Assembly (NCBI GenBank): GCA_902763535.1
Contig: CACWSG010000006.1
Span: 3,352-67,351 of the forward strand
Direction: 5' to 3'
Source of the DNA: an uncultured Pseudomonadota bacterium
GTDB taxonomy: Bacteria > Pseudomonadota > Alphaproteobacteria > RF32 > CAG-239
DNA: 64,000 nucleotides
Part shown: positions 10,067 through 19,991 of the stretch, in pieces
Position numbering within the stretch: position 1 is the first letter of the stretch
Layout: every line of letters begins with the position of its first letter
Made by a program: the position numbers and the translations under genes
The notes under the pieces: model-generated
Database searches by the model: none
What the model saw: only the letters and a program-made list of their open reading frames with translations
What the model was told of the DNA's origin: nothing

Positions 10067-10095
10067 ATCCCGATTACCTCCACCAATCAAAAAAA
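10067..10095 (+). repeat. Perfect 29-nt second copy of the tRNA-Ala(CGC) 3' end plus trailer (pseudo 3' fragment, att-like)
   Basis: ATCCCGATTACCTCCACCAATCAAAAAAA is identical to 9907-9935. It is followed by its own terminator hairpin GCGGCTCTCTTAAGCCGC. Confidence 0.9.
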
Positions 10096-10104
10096 GCGGC
10101 TCTC

Positions 10105-10713
10105 TTAAGCCGCTTTTTCTAACTCTTTGATTGCGTCATCAATCAATTTTTTATGCAAAGTTTCATCCATTTCTTTGGCTAAAATTTCCTTGACCGCCTT
10201 GATGGTTATTTCTGCCGTTTTGGCAGCAACCTCATCATTGGCAGAACTTTCCGCTAAAGCCAAATGCATCTTAGCATCTTGCTCGCGCTTTTTCATATCA
10301 GCTTCCAATTTTAGCAATGTATCGCGTTTTAATACATCAACTTCATGCTCGGAACGTTTCAACATTTCTGATGCTTCTTTCTCGGCCCCGCGAAACTTAC
10401 GTTCATATTCAGCCAACATTTTCTGGGCATCTTCTTTCAAGGTTACTGCCTCATGAATGCGATTGGCAATTTGCTCTCCTCTGCCCCGCAACAATCCCAT
10501 AATCGCTTTGCCGACCGGTCTTGCCAACATCAACACAACCAAAACAAAAGCGGCACCGACCCAAAACTCAGCTTCCAAATAGAATGCTTCATGTCCATGC
10601 GCGCCTAATTCCTGAGCCGTATTTTCTATCGCATTGGCCACACTCTCTGCGGCGCCCAACACAGCATCTTGTGTTGCATCTAAAATTTCATTACCGGGCA
10701 TCTTGTCGTCCAT
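10105..10713 (-). CDS. atpF: ATP synthase F0 subunit b
   Basis: Single N-terminal TM helix plus a long charged helix. Last gene of the atpI-B-E-F'-F operon. Confidence 0.85.
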   Translation of the reverse strand: MDDKMPGNEILDATQDAVLGAAESVANAIENTAQELGAHGHEAFYLEAEFWVGAAFVLVVLMLARPVGKAIMGLLRGRGEQIANRIHEAVTLKEDAQKMLAEYERKFRGAEKEASEMLKRSEHEVDVLKRDTLLKLEADMKKREQDAKMHLALAESSANDEVAAKTAEITIKAVKEILAKEMDETLHKKLIDDAIKELEKAA

Positions 10714-10717
10714 CTGA

Positions 10718-11203
10718 CTACTCCCCTTCCAAACCGGCTATGGTTTTTCTGACTTTTTCAGCACTAACTTTAGAAATGCCGAATTTAGCCAACACATCAA
10801 CCGCCAAATCAACCGAAGCTTCTTCTATCTTTTGTAAAGCCTTGCTCTTGGCCGCTTCAATCCGTTGCTCGCCTTGAGCAATCTCGGCATTCAATCTGGC
10901 TGCCAAATCAGACTGCTTGCGATTAACCGTATCATTAAGCTCATCTTTGGTTTTTTGCAACGCCAAGTTAGCTTTTTGACTGGCTTCACGCAAAGCCGTT
11001 TCATATCTTTCAATACCTTCTTCAACTTGTTTTTTCAAACGCTCAGCTGTTGCCAATTCACTGTCAATTTTCTCTTTGCGCAAATTTATCATTTCACCAA
11101 GCTTGGGAATAATAAACTTACTCATGATAAACAACAGTGTAAAAAAGCAAATCGTCAACCAAAAAAATTGCGAAGGAAAAACGCTAAAATCTAATTGTGG
11201 CAT
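10718..11203 (-). CDS. atpF2: ATP synthase F0 subunit b'
   Basis: Second b-like subunit: MPQLD..FPSQ N-terminus, a TM helix and a coiled coil. Confidence 0.85.
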   Translation of the reverse strand: MPQLDFSVFPSQFFWLTICFFTLLFIMSKFIIPKLGEMINLRKEKIDSELATAERLKKQVEEGIERYETALREASQKANLALQKTKDELNDTVNRKQSDLAARLNAEIAQGEQRIEAAKSKALQKIEEASVDLAVDVLAKFGISKVSAEKVRKTIAGLEGE

Positions 11204-11305
11204 AATCTATATCCCGACCAAACTAAACCCTATCAATGCGGATGGCCGTAACAAAATGCAATCCGACCACCCGCTCAAGATAAGGATTTCAACCAAATAT
11301 AACGC

Positions 11306-11527
11306 TTAGTTACCAGTCAACATAACCAAAGCAATAACCAAAGCATACAATGCAATAGCTTCAACCGCGGCAAATCCGGCCCAACCGTAAATATCAACAT
11401 CTTTCTTTACTTGCGGATTGCGACCAACGGTCGAAATAATTGTTGTCCAAACTTGTGACACACCCCAAGCGGCAACAGTCATTGATAAAGCGCACAAACC
11501 TGCACCTATATAAGCTAATGGTTCCAT
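11306..11527 (-). CDS. atpE: ATP synthase F0 subunit c
   Basis: 73-aa hairpin proteolipid: GAGL...GRNP loop...AAVEAIALYALV. Confidence 0.93.
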   Translation of the reverse strand: MEPLAYIGAGLCALSMTVAAWGVSQVWTTIISTVGRNPQVKKDVDIYGWAGFAAVEAIALYALVIALVMLTGN

Positions 11528-11574
11528 AATTTTAATCCTTTCATAAGTTATTCAATTTGCAGTTCATAATTATA

Positions 11575-12297
11575 TTAGTGCTCATGAATTGCATCACCGA
11601 GATAAATACAACTCAGAACAGTATAAATAAAGGCTTGCAGTAATGAGATAAATATCTCAAAACATATAATCGCACTGTCAAACAACAGTGGAACCGCCCC
11701 TAATACCCCCAGCCCGACAATGAAGCCGGCGATAATTTTCAACATAATATGACCAACCGTCATATTAGCAACCAAACGCACTGTCAAACTAAACGGTTTT
11801 GACAGAAATGAAATCATCTCAATCGGCACAATCAACGGCGCCAATGCCAAAGGAATACCTCTTGGCAAAAATGTACGCAACCAACCGATTTTTTTCTTCT
11901 TTATGCCGATACAAATATTAAACAATAAAGCAATCAGCGACAAACAACCTACCGCTGTCAAATGCGATGTAAAAGTAAACGCATAAGGAAACAACCCCAA
12001 AACATTACCGAATGCCACAAAGGTAAAAACCGTGAAAATAAAAGGAAAATACTTCAATCCTTCCATTCCGACATTTTCTTTCAACAGATTGTGGACGAAC
12101 TCGTATAAACTCTCGACCAAAGACTGCGCCGCATTGGGAACCAACGAACGTTTACGCAAGCACAAAGCAAACATTGCTGTACAAGCCACCACCGCTATAA
12201 CCATGAACAACGACGAATTGGTAAAAGAAACATCTACATCACCAATCTTAAGCGGAATAATCGGCTTAATTACAAACTGTTCCATTGGATTCGACAT
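11575..12297 (-). CDS. atpB: ATP synthase F0 subunit a
   Basis: Polytopic protein with LSLTVRLVANMTVGH (conserved Arg helix). Confidence 0.92.
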   Translation of the reverse strand: MSNPMEQFVIKPIIPLKIGDVDVSFTNSSLFMVIAVVACTAMFALCLRKRSLVPNAAQSLVESLYEFVHNLLKENVGMEGLKYFPFIFTVFTFVAFGNVLGLFPYAFTFTSHLTAVGCLSLIALLFNICIGIKKKKIGWLRTFLPRGIPLALAPLIVPIEMISFLSKPFSLTVRLVANMTVGHIMLKIIAGFIVGLGVLGAVPLLFDSAIICFEIFISLLQAFIYTVLSCIYLGDAIHEH

Positions 12298-12309
12298 AAG
12301 TCTCTGCTC

Positions 12310-12612
12310 CTAATCTTTCATTTCTTCTGCTTTGGCTAAGCGGTAAACATTGAGCACGCCGGCCGCTCCGCCAAAAATTAAAAACACTACCAAACACCAA
12401 GGTTTTGTACTGAACATTTCATCCAAGACATACCCCAAAGCCGCCCCCACAATCACTGCCGATAACAAATCGGCACAAACTCTCAGCCCGATTCGTGAAG
12501 CTCTGGCTTTTACCCCCATATCTTCCTTTTCATGGCGTAAAACTGCCTCTTTATCGCGTAGTAAAGCAATTCTTCGTCCCAAATTTTCGATATCATCAGG
12601 TGTTTTTTTCAT
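12310..12612 (-). CDS. atpI: AtpI/AtpZ-like ATP synthase protein I
   Basis: Small two-TM protein immediately upstream of atpB. Confidence 0.7.
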   Translation of the reverse strand: MKKTPDDIENLGRRIALLRDKEAVLRHEKEDMGVKARASRIGLRVCADLLSAVIVGAALGYVLDEMFSTKPWCLVVFLIFGGAAGVLNVYRLAKAEEMKD

Positions 12613-12673
12613 CGCTGCGAGATTACAACAATATTTGTTAAGTAGTTATTAAAAAAAAGCATTATTCCACAAG

Positions 12674-13393
12674 CTATTTATAAACCGCCTGCAAATGTCC
12701 ATCTATGACAGCACTCATCTCGTCAAAAGTTTTGGCTCCTGTCAGCATATCATTGCCTTTTTTTGATGATATGATAAATGAAGGAGTACCCTGAATCCTC
12801 AACTCGGACAATCCGGCTTTTCTGTCGCCCAAGATACGAGCCGCCGTTTTATCATCTTTCAGGCAAACATTTATCTTGTCATTGGAAACTCCGCTCAATG
12901 CGGCGAACTGCTTCAACATTTTGGTTGCATCAAAAGACAACATCCAATCGCGCTGCTTCTTAAACAGCAAATTAGCAAAATCAAAATACTTGTCCTTGGC
13001 AACACACTCCGCCAGCAAAGCCGCATCCATAGAATTTTTATCCAAAGGCAACGGCACAAATACCAAGCGCACTGCTCCATTGTCGACATATTTTTTGATG
13101 ATCTCTGGTATAACTTCCAAATGCATATCGGCACAATGAGAACACCCGAAAGACGAATATTCATAAATCGAAACCTTAGCATCTTTCTTACCCAAAACAT
13201 GGTCTTGCGGAAATGCAAAATTCAAAGGAATTTCTTTTTGAGGTTTACTTTCTTCGGCATAAGCTTGCGGCAAAATAAATCCGTCTTCTCCGTTATAAAC
13301 AAAGCCTTTCATTGTCAAATAAAAAGAAGCCGCCAACAAAAACACCACTATACCAGCAAGTGTTGTACTTATTTTTTTAATAAATTTTTCCAC
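12674..13393 (-). CDS. DsbA-family thiol:disulfide oxidoreductase
   Basis: Signal anchor and CSHC active site (SSFGCSHCADMH). Confidence 0.85.
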   Translation of the reverse strand: MEKFIKKISTTLAGIVVFLLAASFYLTMKGFVYNGEDGFILPQAYAEESKPQKEIPLNFAFPQDHVLGKKDAKVSIYEYSSFGCSHCADMHLEVIPEIIKKYVDNGAVRLVFVPLPLDKNSMDAALLAECVAKDKYFDFANLLFKKQRDWMLSFDATKMLKQFAALSGVSNDKINVCLKDDKTAARILGDRKAGLSELRIQGTPSFIISSKKGNDMLTGAKTFDEMSAVIDGHLQAVYK

Positions 13394-13407
13394 TGTTCTT
13401 CTTCCTG

Positions 13408-13932
13408 TTATTCTTTATTGTTAACAACAAGGAACCGACCGATTTGTTCCAAAGCAGAGCTTAATTCCGAATTATTGATTCCTTTTAACTGTTGCCTAAT
13501 ATAATTTTCTTCTTTCGCAGTAACAAGTTTTTTTTCCGAGTTATCAGTAGATAAAGATTTTTTTTCATCTTTCATTATTTGCAAATTTTGCATTATTTTC
13601 AGTCTGCTTACTGCTTCATATCCGAAAAACACATTAACTTTATCCATAATTATTTTTGATTTTTGTTGTAATTCCAAAGCCAAAGCCCCGCTCGCCGCCT
13701 CGATATGCAGCACACCGTTGCGACGCTCATCTTTCTTAAAATCAACTTTTATCGGTCTGCTGAGTTGCGCAATCTCTTCACCGACAATATCATGCCAGTT
13801 ATGAATTATGTCAGCTTCAATAAAAGCTTTTTTCCCCAATATTTTGCGCGCGAAAGAGCCGACGACCATATTCATATTTTGCAAATCGCCGCACTTTCTT
13901 TCTTTGCTTACAATTTCATTACCTTTTTTCAT
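13408..13932 (-). CDS. DUF721/DciA-like protein
   Basis: W..IVGEEIA...GVLHIEAASGALALELQ pattern typical of DUF721. Confidence 0.7.
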   Translation of the reverse strand: MKKGNEIVSKERKCGDLQNMNMVVGSFARKILGKKAFIEADIIHNWHDIVGEEIAQLSRPIKVDFKKDERRNGVLHIEAASGALALELQQKSKIIMDKVNVFFGYEAVSRLKIMQNLQIMKDEKKSLSTDNSEKKLVTAKEENYIRQQLKGINNSELSSALEQIGRFLVVNNKE

Positions 13933-14031
13933 GATGATTCAATTTGTAGCAAACAATATTCACAAGCGCAAGGCTTTTATTGACTCTTAACCGCCAAGAC
14001 TAATATAATTCATTTTTGAAAAGAGAGGTTA

Positions 14032-14322
14032 TTGATGGACAACGGACAGCTTTTAACAGCAATTTTAGGCTTAATATTTGTACTGGGACTTGCTCTTGTA
14101 ACCATTACCATACTAAAGTGGTTGCAGACTAAAGGGGCTGATTTTTGTCTGTGCAAAAAACTAAAATCATCTCGCTGTATAAACATCATTGAACAACGCC
14201 GTCTTGATACGCGCAACAGTCTGGCTATTGTTGAAGCTGACGGCATTCGTTACTTTTTGCTTATAGGTGCCGATTCGTCACTTGTTTTAAACCAGACCGC
14301 GCGGAAAGAAAAATCAAAATGA
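14032..14322 (+). CDS. fliO: Flagellar biosynthesis protein FliO-like
   Basis: Single-TM small protein overlapping the fliP start by 4 nt. Confidence 0.6.
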   Translation: MMDNGQLLTAILGLIFVLGLALVTITILKWLQTKGADFCLCKKLKSSRCINIIEQRRLDTRNSLAIVEADGIRYFLLIGADSSLVLNQTARKEKSK

Positions 14323-15062
14323 CTAAAAAACTATTCTTTATTTTTGCGCTTGTTATCGGTTTGGTTCTCATGACTGACTACGCCGCGGCTCAGACTATCA
14401 GCCTCAATATTGATGATGCCTCAACCGGTTCAACCACAGCACGCATTTTCAGCGTATTGGCACTGATAACGATTTTATCGCTTGCTCCGTCAATCGTTAT
14501 TATGATGACATCTTTCACCAGATTGATTGTCGTCTTTTCGCTTACCCGTTCAGCTTTGGCTACCAACGCAACTCCGCCCAACATGGTACTCATCTCTTTG
14601 GCCTTTTTTATGACAATTTTTATCATGTCGCCGACTTTTGAAAAATCTTGGGAAGAAGGAATAAAACCGGTAATTGATGAAAAAATTGAGCTTACCGAAG
14701 GTTTGGAAAAAGCCGCTCAGCCTTTGAAAGAATTTATGGTCAACAACACTCGCGAAAAAGATTTAATGTTGTTTAATGACTTGTCCGCAGACAAAGACAA
14801 AGTTGAAAAAATTGAAGATGCTCCGCTTAAAATAACCATTCCTGCTTTCATGATAAGCGAATTGCGCCGCGCTTTCGAAATCGGATTTTTGATTTATCTG
14901 CCGTTTTTGATTATTGATATGGTAGTTGCTTCCGTCCTTATGTCTATGGGCATGATGATGTTGCCGCCCAGCGTTGTTTCTCTACCGTTTAAGGTCGTAT
15001 TTTTTGTGCTGATTGACGGGTGGTATATGCTGGCCGGATCACTGATAAACAGCTTCCACTAA
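14319..15062 (+). CDS. fliP: Flagellar export apparatus protein FliP
   Basis: FTRLIVVFSLTRSALATNATPPN and the LPFKVVFFVLIDGW motifs. Confidence 0.92.
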   Translation: MTKKLFFIFALVIGLVLMTDYAAAQTISLNIDDASTGSTTARIFSVLALITILSLAPSIVIMMTSFTRLIVVFSLTRSALATNATPPNMVLISLAFFMTIFIMSPTFEKSWEEGIKPVIDEKIELTEGLEKAAQPLKEFMVNNTREKDLMLFNDLSADKDKVEKIEDAPLKITIPAFMISELRRAFEIGFLIYLPFLIIDMVVASVLMSMGMMMLPPSVVSLPFKVVFFVLIDGWYMLAGSLINSFH

Positions 15063-15523
15063 TTCACATCGCTTAAAACTATCGTCTCTTTAATGTCTTT
15101 TAATTTCTTCAAATAGGGAATAATAGCTTTGGGATAAAAATCAGAAGCCGCCAAATCATCCAGTTTAATCCATTTTATTTTCTGCTCATTACCATCTGGC
15201 TCGTAACCGTTAGACAATGTCGAAAAATCATCAACCTCACATTCAAACATCAATTCTTCCAAATGGAAACAATCTAAATCAAATGATTGTTCATGATTTT
15301 TGGCAATATAATCTCTAGCTAAAACTAAACGTAAAGGTCTTACATCTAAATTAAGCTCTTCTTTGCATTCTCGTATAACGGTTTCCTGCATAGTCTCTCC
15401 CCACTCGCGACCGCCACCAGGCAACTTACAATAGCGTCCGCGCCCATAATCAACGCTTTCCACCAATAACTGGTTATCTTTTATAATAATGGCTTTTACC
15501 GAATGCCTAAACACTTTTTCCAT
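15059..15523 (-). CDS. NUDIX hydrolase
   Basis: Nudix box GGGREWGETMQETVIRECKEELNL. Confidence 0.88.
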   Translation of the reverse strand: MEKVFRHSVKAIIIKDNQLLVESVDYGRGRYCKLPGGGREWGETMQETVIRECKEELNLDVRPLRLVLARDYIAKNHEQSFDLDCFHLEELMFECEVDDFSTLSNGYEPDGNEQKIKWIKLDDLAASDFYPKAIIPYLKKLKDIKETIVLSDVN

Positions 15524-15528
15524 TTATT

Positions 15529-16350
15529 TTACTCCGCTCTCATACCAAGTGCTATTTCTTGCAATCTTTTTATTCTATCTTGCGTTGACGGATGAGTTGA
15601 AAACAATTTCGACAATCCCAGCGGATTAACAATAAACATATGCGAATTTTGTGCAGTTGCTCCAGTCAATACCTTACCTTTAGCCGCATCTTCCAGCTTT
15701 TGCAAAGCCGATGCCAGCCACATGGGATGTCCGGTCAAATTTGCCGATCCTTCATCTGCTTTATACTCTCTTTCCCGCGAAATTGACATCTGAATAATCG
15801 AAGCGGCAATCGGCATCATAATTGCGGCAATTGCCCCATTACCGCGTTGCTGATTTGCAGTTCTGGCACGTGCAAAATTAGCCAAATAGGCTATTGCTCC
15901 GGCAAAAGTTGCCGCAATGGTTCCGGTCAAAATATCATAATTGCGCACATGGCTCATTTCGTGAGCCAAAACTCCTTTAACTTCATCCTTTGACAAAATC
16001 TTTAACAACCCTTGGGTGGCAGCAACAGCCGCATGCTTGGGGCTGCGCCCTGTTGCAAAAGCGTTAGGCACATCATCCGGTATAATATAAACTTTTGGCA
16101 TCGGCAACTGAGCTTCTCTGGCCAAATCGGCCACAATTTCATAAAGTTCCGGACTTTGAGAATTGTTAACCTCGATAGCCCGATAATGTTTCAATACCAA
16201 AGAGTCACTAAAAAAGTAGCTGAAAAAGTTGAGCCCCAAAGCCGCTACAAAAGCCATTTTCATGCCTTGTGCTCCGGCTATCAGGTTTCCGAAAAACATA
16301 AAAATCAACACCAAAATCGTCATTAAAATAAAAGTTTTGCTTTTTGCCAT
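15529..16350 (-). CDS. htpX: Zinc metalloprotease HtpX (M48)
   Basis: HEMSHV motif, four TM segments, EYKADEGSA. Confidence 0.9.
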   Translation of the reverse strand: MAKSKTFILMTILVLIFMFFGNLIAGAQGMKMAFVAALGLNFFSYFFSDSLVLKHYRAIEVNNSQSPELYEIVADLAREAQLPMPKVYIIPDDVPNAFATGRSPKHAAVAATQGLLKILSKDEVKGVLAHEMSHVRNYDILTGTIAATFAGAIAYLANFARARTANQQRGNGAIAAIMMPIAASIIQMSISREREYKADEGSANLTGHPMWLASALQKLEDAAKGKVLTGATAQNSHMFIVNPLGLSKLFSTHPSTQDRIKRLQEIALGMRAE

Positions 16351-16355
16351 TATTG

Positions 16356-17051
16356 TTAGTCCTTATTTTGTTTTATTAAATCTTTGATAACTTCAGCCGC
16401 CATAATCATTCCAACCACCGGCGGAGTAAACGACGTTGAGCCCGGTACATTGCCCAAGCCTGAGCTGAGCGGTTGCTCTTTGGAATAAACAACCTTCAAG
16501 TTTTCAATACCTCTTTTATGCAGTTCTTTACGCATAACTTTGGCCAAAGGACAAACACTGGTTTTGGTTATATCTGCCACCTCGAACATTTGCGGATTAA
16601 CCTTATTACCGGCACCCATCGCCGAAATAATCGGCACTTCTGCTTTATGCGCCGCTTCAACCAAACTGATTTTTCCCGTCACCGTATCAATTGCATCAAC
16701 CACATAGTCATATTGTTTAAAATCAAATTGCTCAGCCGTTTCAGGCAAATAAAAAACTTTATAAATTTTCACTTGGCAATTCGGATTAATATCAGCGATT
16801 CTTTTTGCGGCCACCTCGACTTTGGCTTGTCCGATGGTGGAATGTAAGGCATAAAGCTGACGATTCAGGTTGGTTAGTTCAAACTTATCACTGTCTATCA
16901 AATCAAGTGCGCCAACGCCTGAGCGTGCCAAGGCTTCGACCGCATAGCTTCCCACTCCGCCAACACCAAAAACCGCAACCCGTGCCTTGGCTAATCTCGC
17001 CAAAGCTGACCTGCCCAACACCAATTCACTGCGCGAAAACTGATTTTCCAT
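16356..17051 (-). CDS. tcdA: ThiF-family tRNA threonylcarbamoyladenosine dehydratase (TcdA-like)
   Basis: FGVGGVGSYAVEALARSGVG...NLNRQ Rossmann motif, with TcdA-like length. Confidence 0.8.
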   Translation of the reverse strand: MENQFSRSELVLGRSALARLAKARVAVFGVGGVGSYAVEALARSGVGALDLIDSDKFELTNLNRQLYALHSTIGQAKVEVAAKRIADINPNCQVKIYKVFYLPETAEQFDFKQYDYVVDAIDTVTGKISLVEAAHKAEVPIISAMGAGNKVNPQMFEVADITKTSVCPLAKVMRKELHKRGIENLKVVYSKEQPLSSGLGNVPGSTSFTPPVVGMIMAAEVIKDLIKQNKD

Positions 17052-17177
17052 TCATATTATTCCTCAATCCGGCTCTTCAAATTCAATAAGCCAAAATTAA
17101 ATTATTAGCAAGCAAAATATCATTTCCCCATTGATTTTTTCTATCTTAAAGTTTATTTTCTGTTTGGGAGAAAAAAT

Positions 17178-17744
17178 ATGAAACTTTTATACATAAATGC
17201 CTGCGTTAGAAAAGAATCTCGCACCAAGATTTTGGCAGACTATTTGGTTGCCAAACTCAATGCCTCGAGCAAAGAAATCCACCTTCCCTCTCTTGGGCTC
17301 AAACCTTTGAATGAAACCGACCTGTATCGTCGTGATCAACTGATTGCCGCCCAAGATTTCAATAATCCGCTGTTTGATTTGGCCAAAGATTTTGCGGCCG
17401 CTGATACAATCGTTATTGCCGCGCCTTATTGGGATTTATCTTTTCCTACTTGGCTGAAACTTTATATTGAGCACATCAACATCAATAATCTGGTTTTCAA
17501 ATTTTCCCCGCAAGGTGAAGTCATTCCGTTGTGCCATGCTCAAAAGCTTTATTATGTTACTACCAAAGGCGGTTATAATACTGATGATTTTGGCTTTGAA
17601 TACATCAAAGCTTTGGCACAAAATTTTTATGGCATCAAAAATGTGCACCTGATTAAAGCAGAAGGACTTGATATCTATGGCGCTGATGTAGCTCAACAAA
17701 TCACTCTTGCCCAATCTGATATTGACAACCTTCTTGACATTTAA
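17178..17744 (+). CDS. Flavodoxin-like fold NAD(P)H-dependent oxidoreductase
   Basis: MKLLYINACVRKESRT N-terminus and ...IAAPYWDLSFP, typical of the Flavodoxin_2/AzoR-like family. Confidence 0.7.
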   Translation: MKLLYINACVRKESRTKILADYLVAKLNASSKEIHLPSLGLKPLNETDLYRRDQLIAAQDFNNPLFDLAKDFAAADTIVIAAPYWDLSFPTWLKLYIEHININNLVFKFSPQGEVIPLCHAQKLYYVTTKGGYNTDDFGFEYIKALAQNFYGIKNVHLIKAEGLDIYGADVAQQITLAQSDIDNLLDI

Positions 17745-17799
17745 GCGATTTATAATGTAGAGTTTTTTCATTATATGAACTATATCTTTAGGTCGCGTT

Positions 17800-18999
17800 A
17801 TGTCAAAAATAAAAATAGCTTTTATCAAATATGGCGGGCTTGGTGCCGGAGGTACTGAGCGTTTTTTGCAAAATTTGGCTGTTGGTCTGAACAAAGATAA
17901 ATTTGTCATCGATTATTTTTATACCGGCGAAGAAAATCCTGATCGCCTGAATTTTATGCAAAAAAACAACATCAACCTGATTAAAATCAACGAAACCGGC
18001 AGAACTTCAGCTTTAGGCGAATGGATTAACAACGATTTGTTCACAAAATTTGATGAGAGCAATTATGATATTATTCAAAATGCAATTGCCGGAGAAAAAG
18101 AGTGGCCTTTTTATCTGTTGCACAAACCATTGGTAGAAAGCGTTCATCTTGATTATGGGGTCAATTTTACTCCCAATGTATATCATACTTTTTTGCTATC
18201 GGAATGGAACCAAAACAAATGGGCAAAAATGGGCGGCATAAAAGCGATGAGCTCGATAGTTCCTTTAGGTATGGAAATTCCCCGTACCGATGGTGATTTG
18301 CGCCAAGAATTAGGAATTCCTCAAAATGCTGTCGTCGCCGGATTCCATCAAAGAGCTGACGACAAGATTTTTTCTGAAATTCCCATTTATGCCTACAAAG
18401 CAAACGAAGCCGACAATCATTATTTTATCGTTATGGGCGGCAGCGCAAAATACAAAGCCTTAGCCGACAAATTACACCTCAAAAATTTCATCCAATTAGA
18501 ACATAGCGCCAACAAGGAGCACCTTTCCAAATTTTTGAACACTTTGGACATTTTTGCTCATGGACGCAAAGATGGCGAAACCTTGGGTTATGTTATTATT
18601 GAAGCCATGCTCCACCGCAATCCTTGTATCGTCCACAAGGCTAAATCCAATGCGCAAAAATACACTATCGGACCTTCGGGATTTTTTGTAACCACCCAAA
18701 AAGAATATAACCAAAAACTTAAGCTGTTGTTCAATGACCAATCATTACGCAACCGATTAGCTGACTTGGGCTTTAATTACGCCAAGCAAAAATTCATTGA
18801 CACTGACTACATTTCACAAATTGAGGAAAAATATTCGGATATCGTATCTAATCCGGTCAAATATCAAAAAATGATTACCCATTATAATCTAATCAGAAAA
18901 TTCACACACCCTTTGCGTAAAGAAAAGACGGATAGCCACAAGATTTATCGCCTTTTCGGTATCAAGATTTTTCAACAAAAATTAAAAAGGAAAAAATAG
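17800..18999 (+). CDS. Glycosyltransferase, GT-B fold (family 1/4-like)
   Basis: C-terminal E-x7-E region GETLGYVIIEAMLH. Confidence 0.7.
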   Translation: MSKIKIAFIKYGGLGAGGTERFLQNLAVGLNKDKFVIDYFYTGEENPDRLNFMQKNNINLIKINETGRTSALGEWINNDLFTKFDESNYDIIQNAIAGEKEWPFYLLHKPLVESVHLDYGVNFTPNVYHTFLLSEWNQNKWAKMGGIKAMSSIVPLGMEIPRTDGDLRQELGIPQNAVVAGFHQRADDKIFSEIPIYAYKANEADNHYFIVMGGSAKYKALADKLHLKNFIQLEHSANKEHLSKFLNTLDIFAHGRKDGETLGYVIIEAMLHRNPCIVHKAKSNAQKYTIGPSGFFVTTQKEYNQKLKLLFNDQSLRNRLADLGFNYAKQKFIDTDYISQIEEKYSDIVSNPVKYQKMITHYNLIRKFTHPLRKEKTDSHKIYRLFGIKIFQQKLKRKK

Positions 19000-19976
19000 T
19001 GATTTATGATTGTTTTACATTTTTCAACGAATTGGATTTATTGGAAATTCGCCTGAACATCTTAAATGATGTCGTCGATAAGTTCGTTCTGGTGGAAATG
19101 TCTAAAACTCATACCGGACAAGATAAACCTTTTTATTTTGATGAAGCTAAATCCCGATTTCAAAAATTTTTACCCAAAATAATTCATATCAAAGTCGATG
19201 ATTACCCTGATTTGGCAAATTCAAATTCTGATAAACACGGCAACAAATGGCTGCTTGAAAATTATCAGCGCGACCAAATTTTGCGCGGACTGACCGCTGC
19301 CCAAGATGATGATATTATCATTGTCTCGGACTTGGATGAAATTCCCTCCCCTCAAATCATTAAACAATATGATAACTCCGGTATTTGGGTTTTAGAACAA
19401 AGCATGATGTATTATTTCTTAAATATGTTATGCTACACTTCGCCGACATGGAAAAACGGCACCCGCATGGCGCGTTTTGCTGACTTAAAAAATCCGCAAC
19501 AAGTACTCCCCAAAAAGGAATTTTATGAATTTTCCGCACCGGGACTACCAACTTATTTTCGCTTTTGCCAAGGTCGCAACATCAAAAATGCCGGATACCA
19601 TTTTTCTTATCTTGGCGGGGTTGAGGCTATCATAAAAAAGCGTCAATCAATAGTTGAACAGCAATTCAACACCAAAGAAAATATGTCCGCTGATTATATC
19701 GAAAAAATGATTGCATCCGGACATGACATCTTAGGACGCAGTAAATACAGATACATCGGTATCCCTTTAGATAATTCTTTCCCCCAATACATCCTCAACA
19801 ACCAAGATAAATACCAAAAACTGATTTGCCCGATAACTAAAGGTTGGCGCTATAAATTATTTTGGCACAACACCATAAGCTGTTTGAAAGATTTTCTGTT
19901 CCGCCGCGAAAAAAAGACCAGCGGCCAACGCAACATCTATATTTTCGGGCTTAAGGTTTTTTCCTACAAAAAATAA
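18999..19976 (+). CDS. Glycosyltransferase family 17-like (GnT-III-type)
   Basis: N-terminus IYDCFTFFNELDLLEIRLN is the GT17 signature. GTG start overlaps the upstream TAG. Confidence 0.75.
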   Translation: MIYDCFTFFNELDLLEIRLNILNDVVDKFVLVEMSKTHTGQDKPFYFDEAKSRFQKFLPKIIHIKVDDYPDLANSNSDKHGNKWLLENYQRDQILRGLTAAQDDDIIIVSDLDEIPSPQIIKQYDNSGIWVLEQSMMYYFLNMLCYTSPTWKNGTRMARFADLKNPQQVLPKKEFYEFSAPGLPTYFRFCQGRNIKNAGYHFSYLGGVEAIIKKRQSIVEQQFNTKENMSADYIEKMIASGHDILGRSKYRYIGIPLDNSFPQYILNNQDKYQKLICPITKGWRYKLFWHNTISCLKDFLFRREKKTSGQRNIYIFGLKVFSYKK

Positions 19977-19991
19977 ACAAAGGATTTGTTC

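Noticed and set aside
9679-10086. 135-aa minus-strand ORF in the track
   Set aside because: It runs antisense through tRNA-Ala(CGC), its terminator and the repeat cassette. It has no RBS and is explained by the RNA and repeat features.
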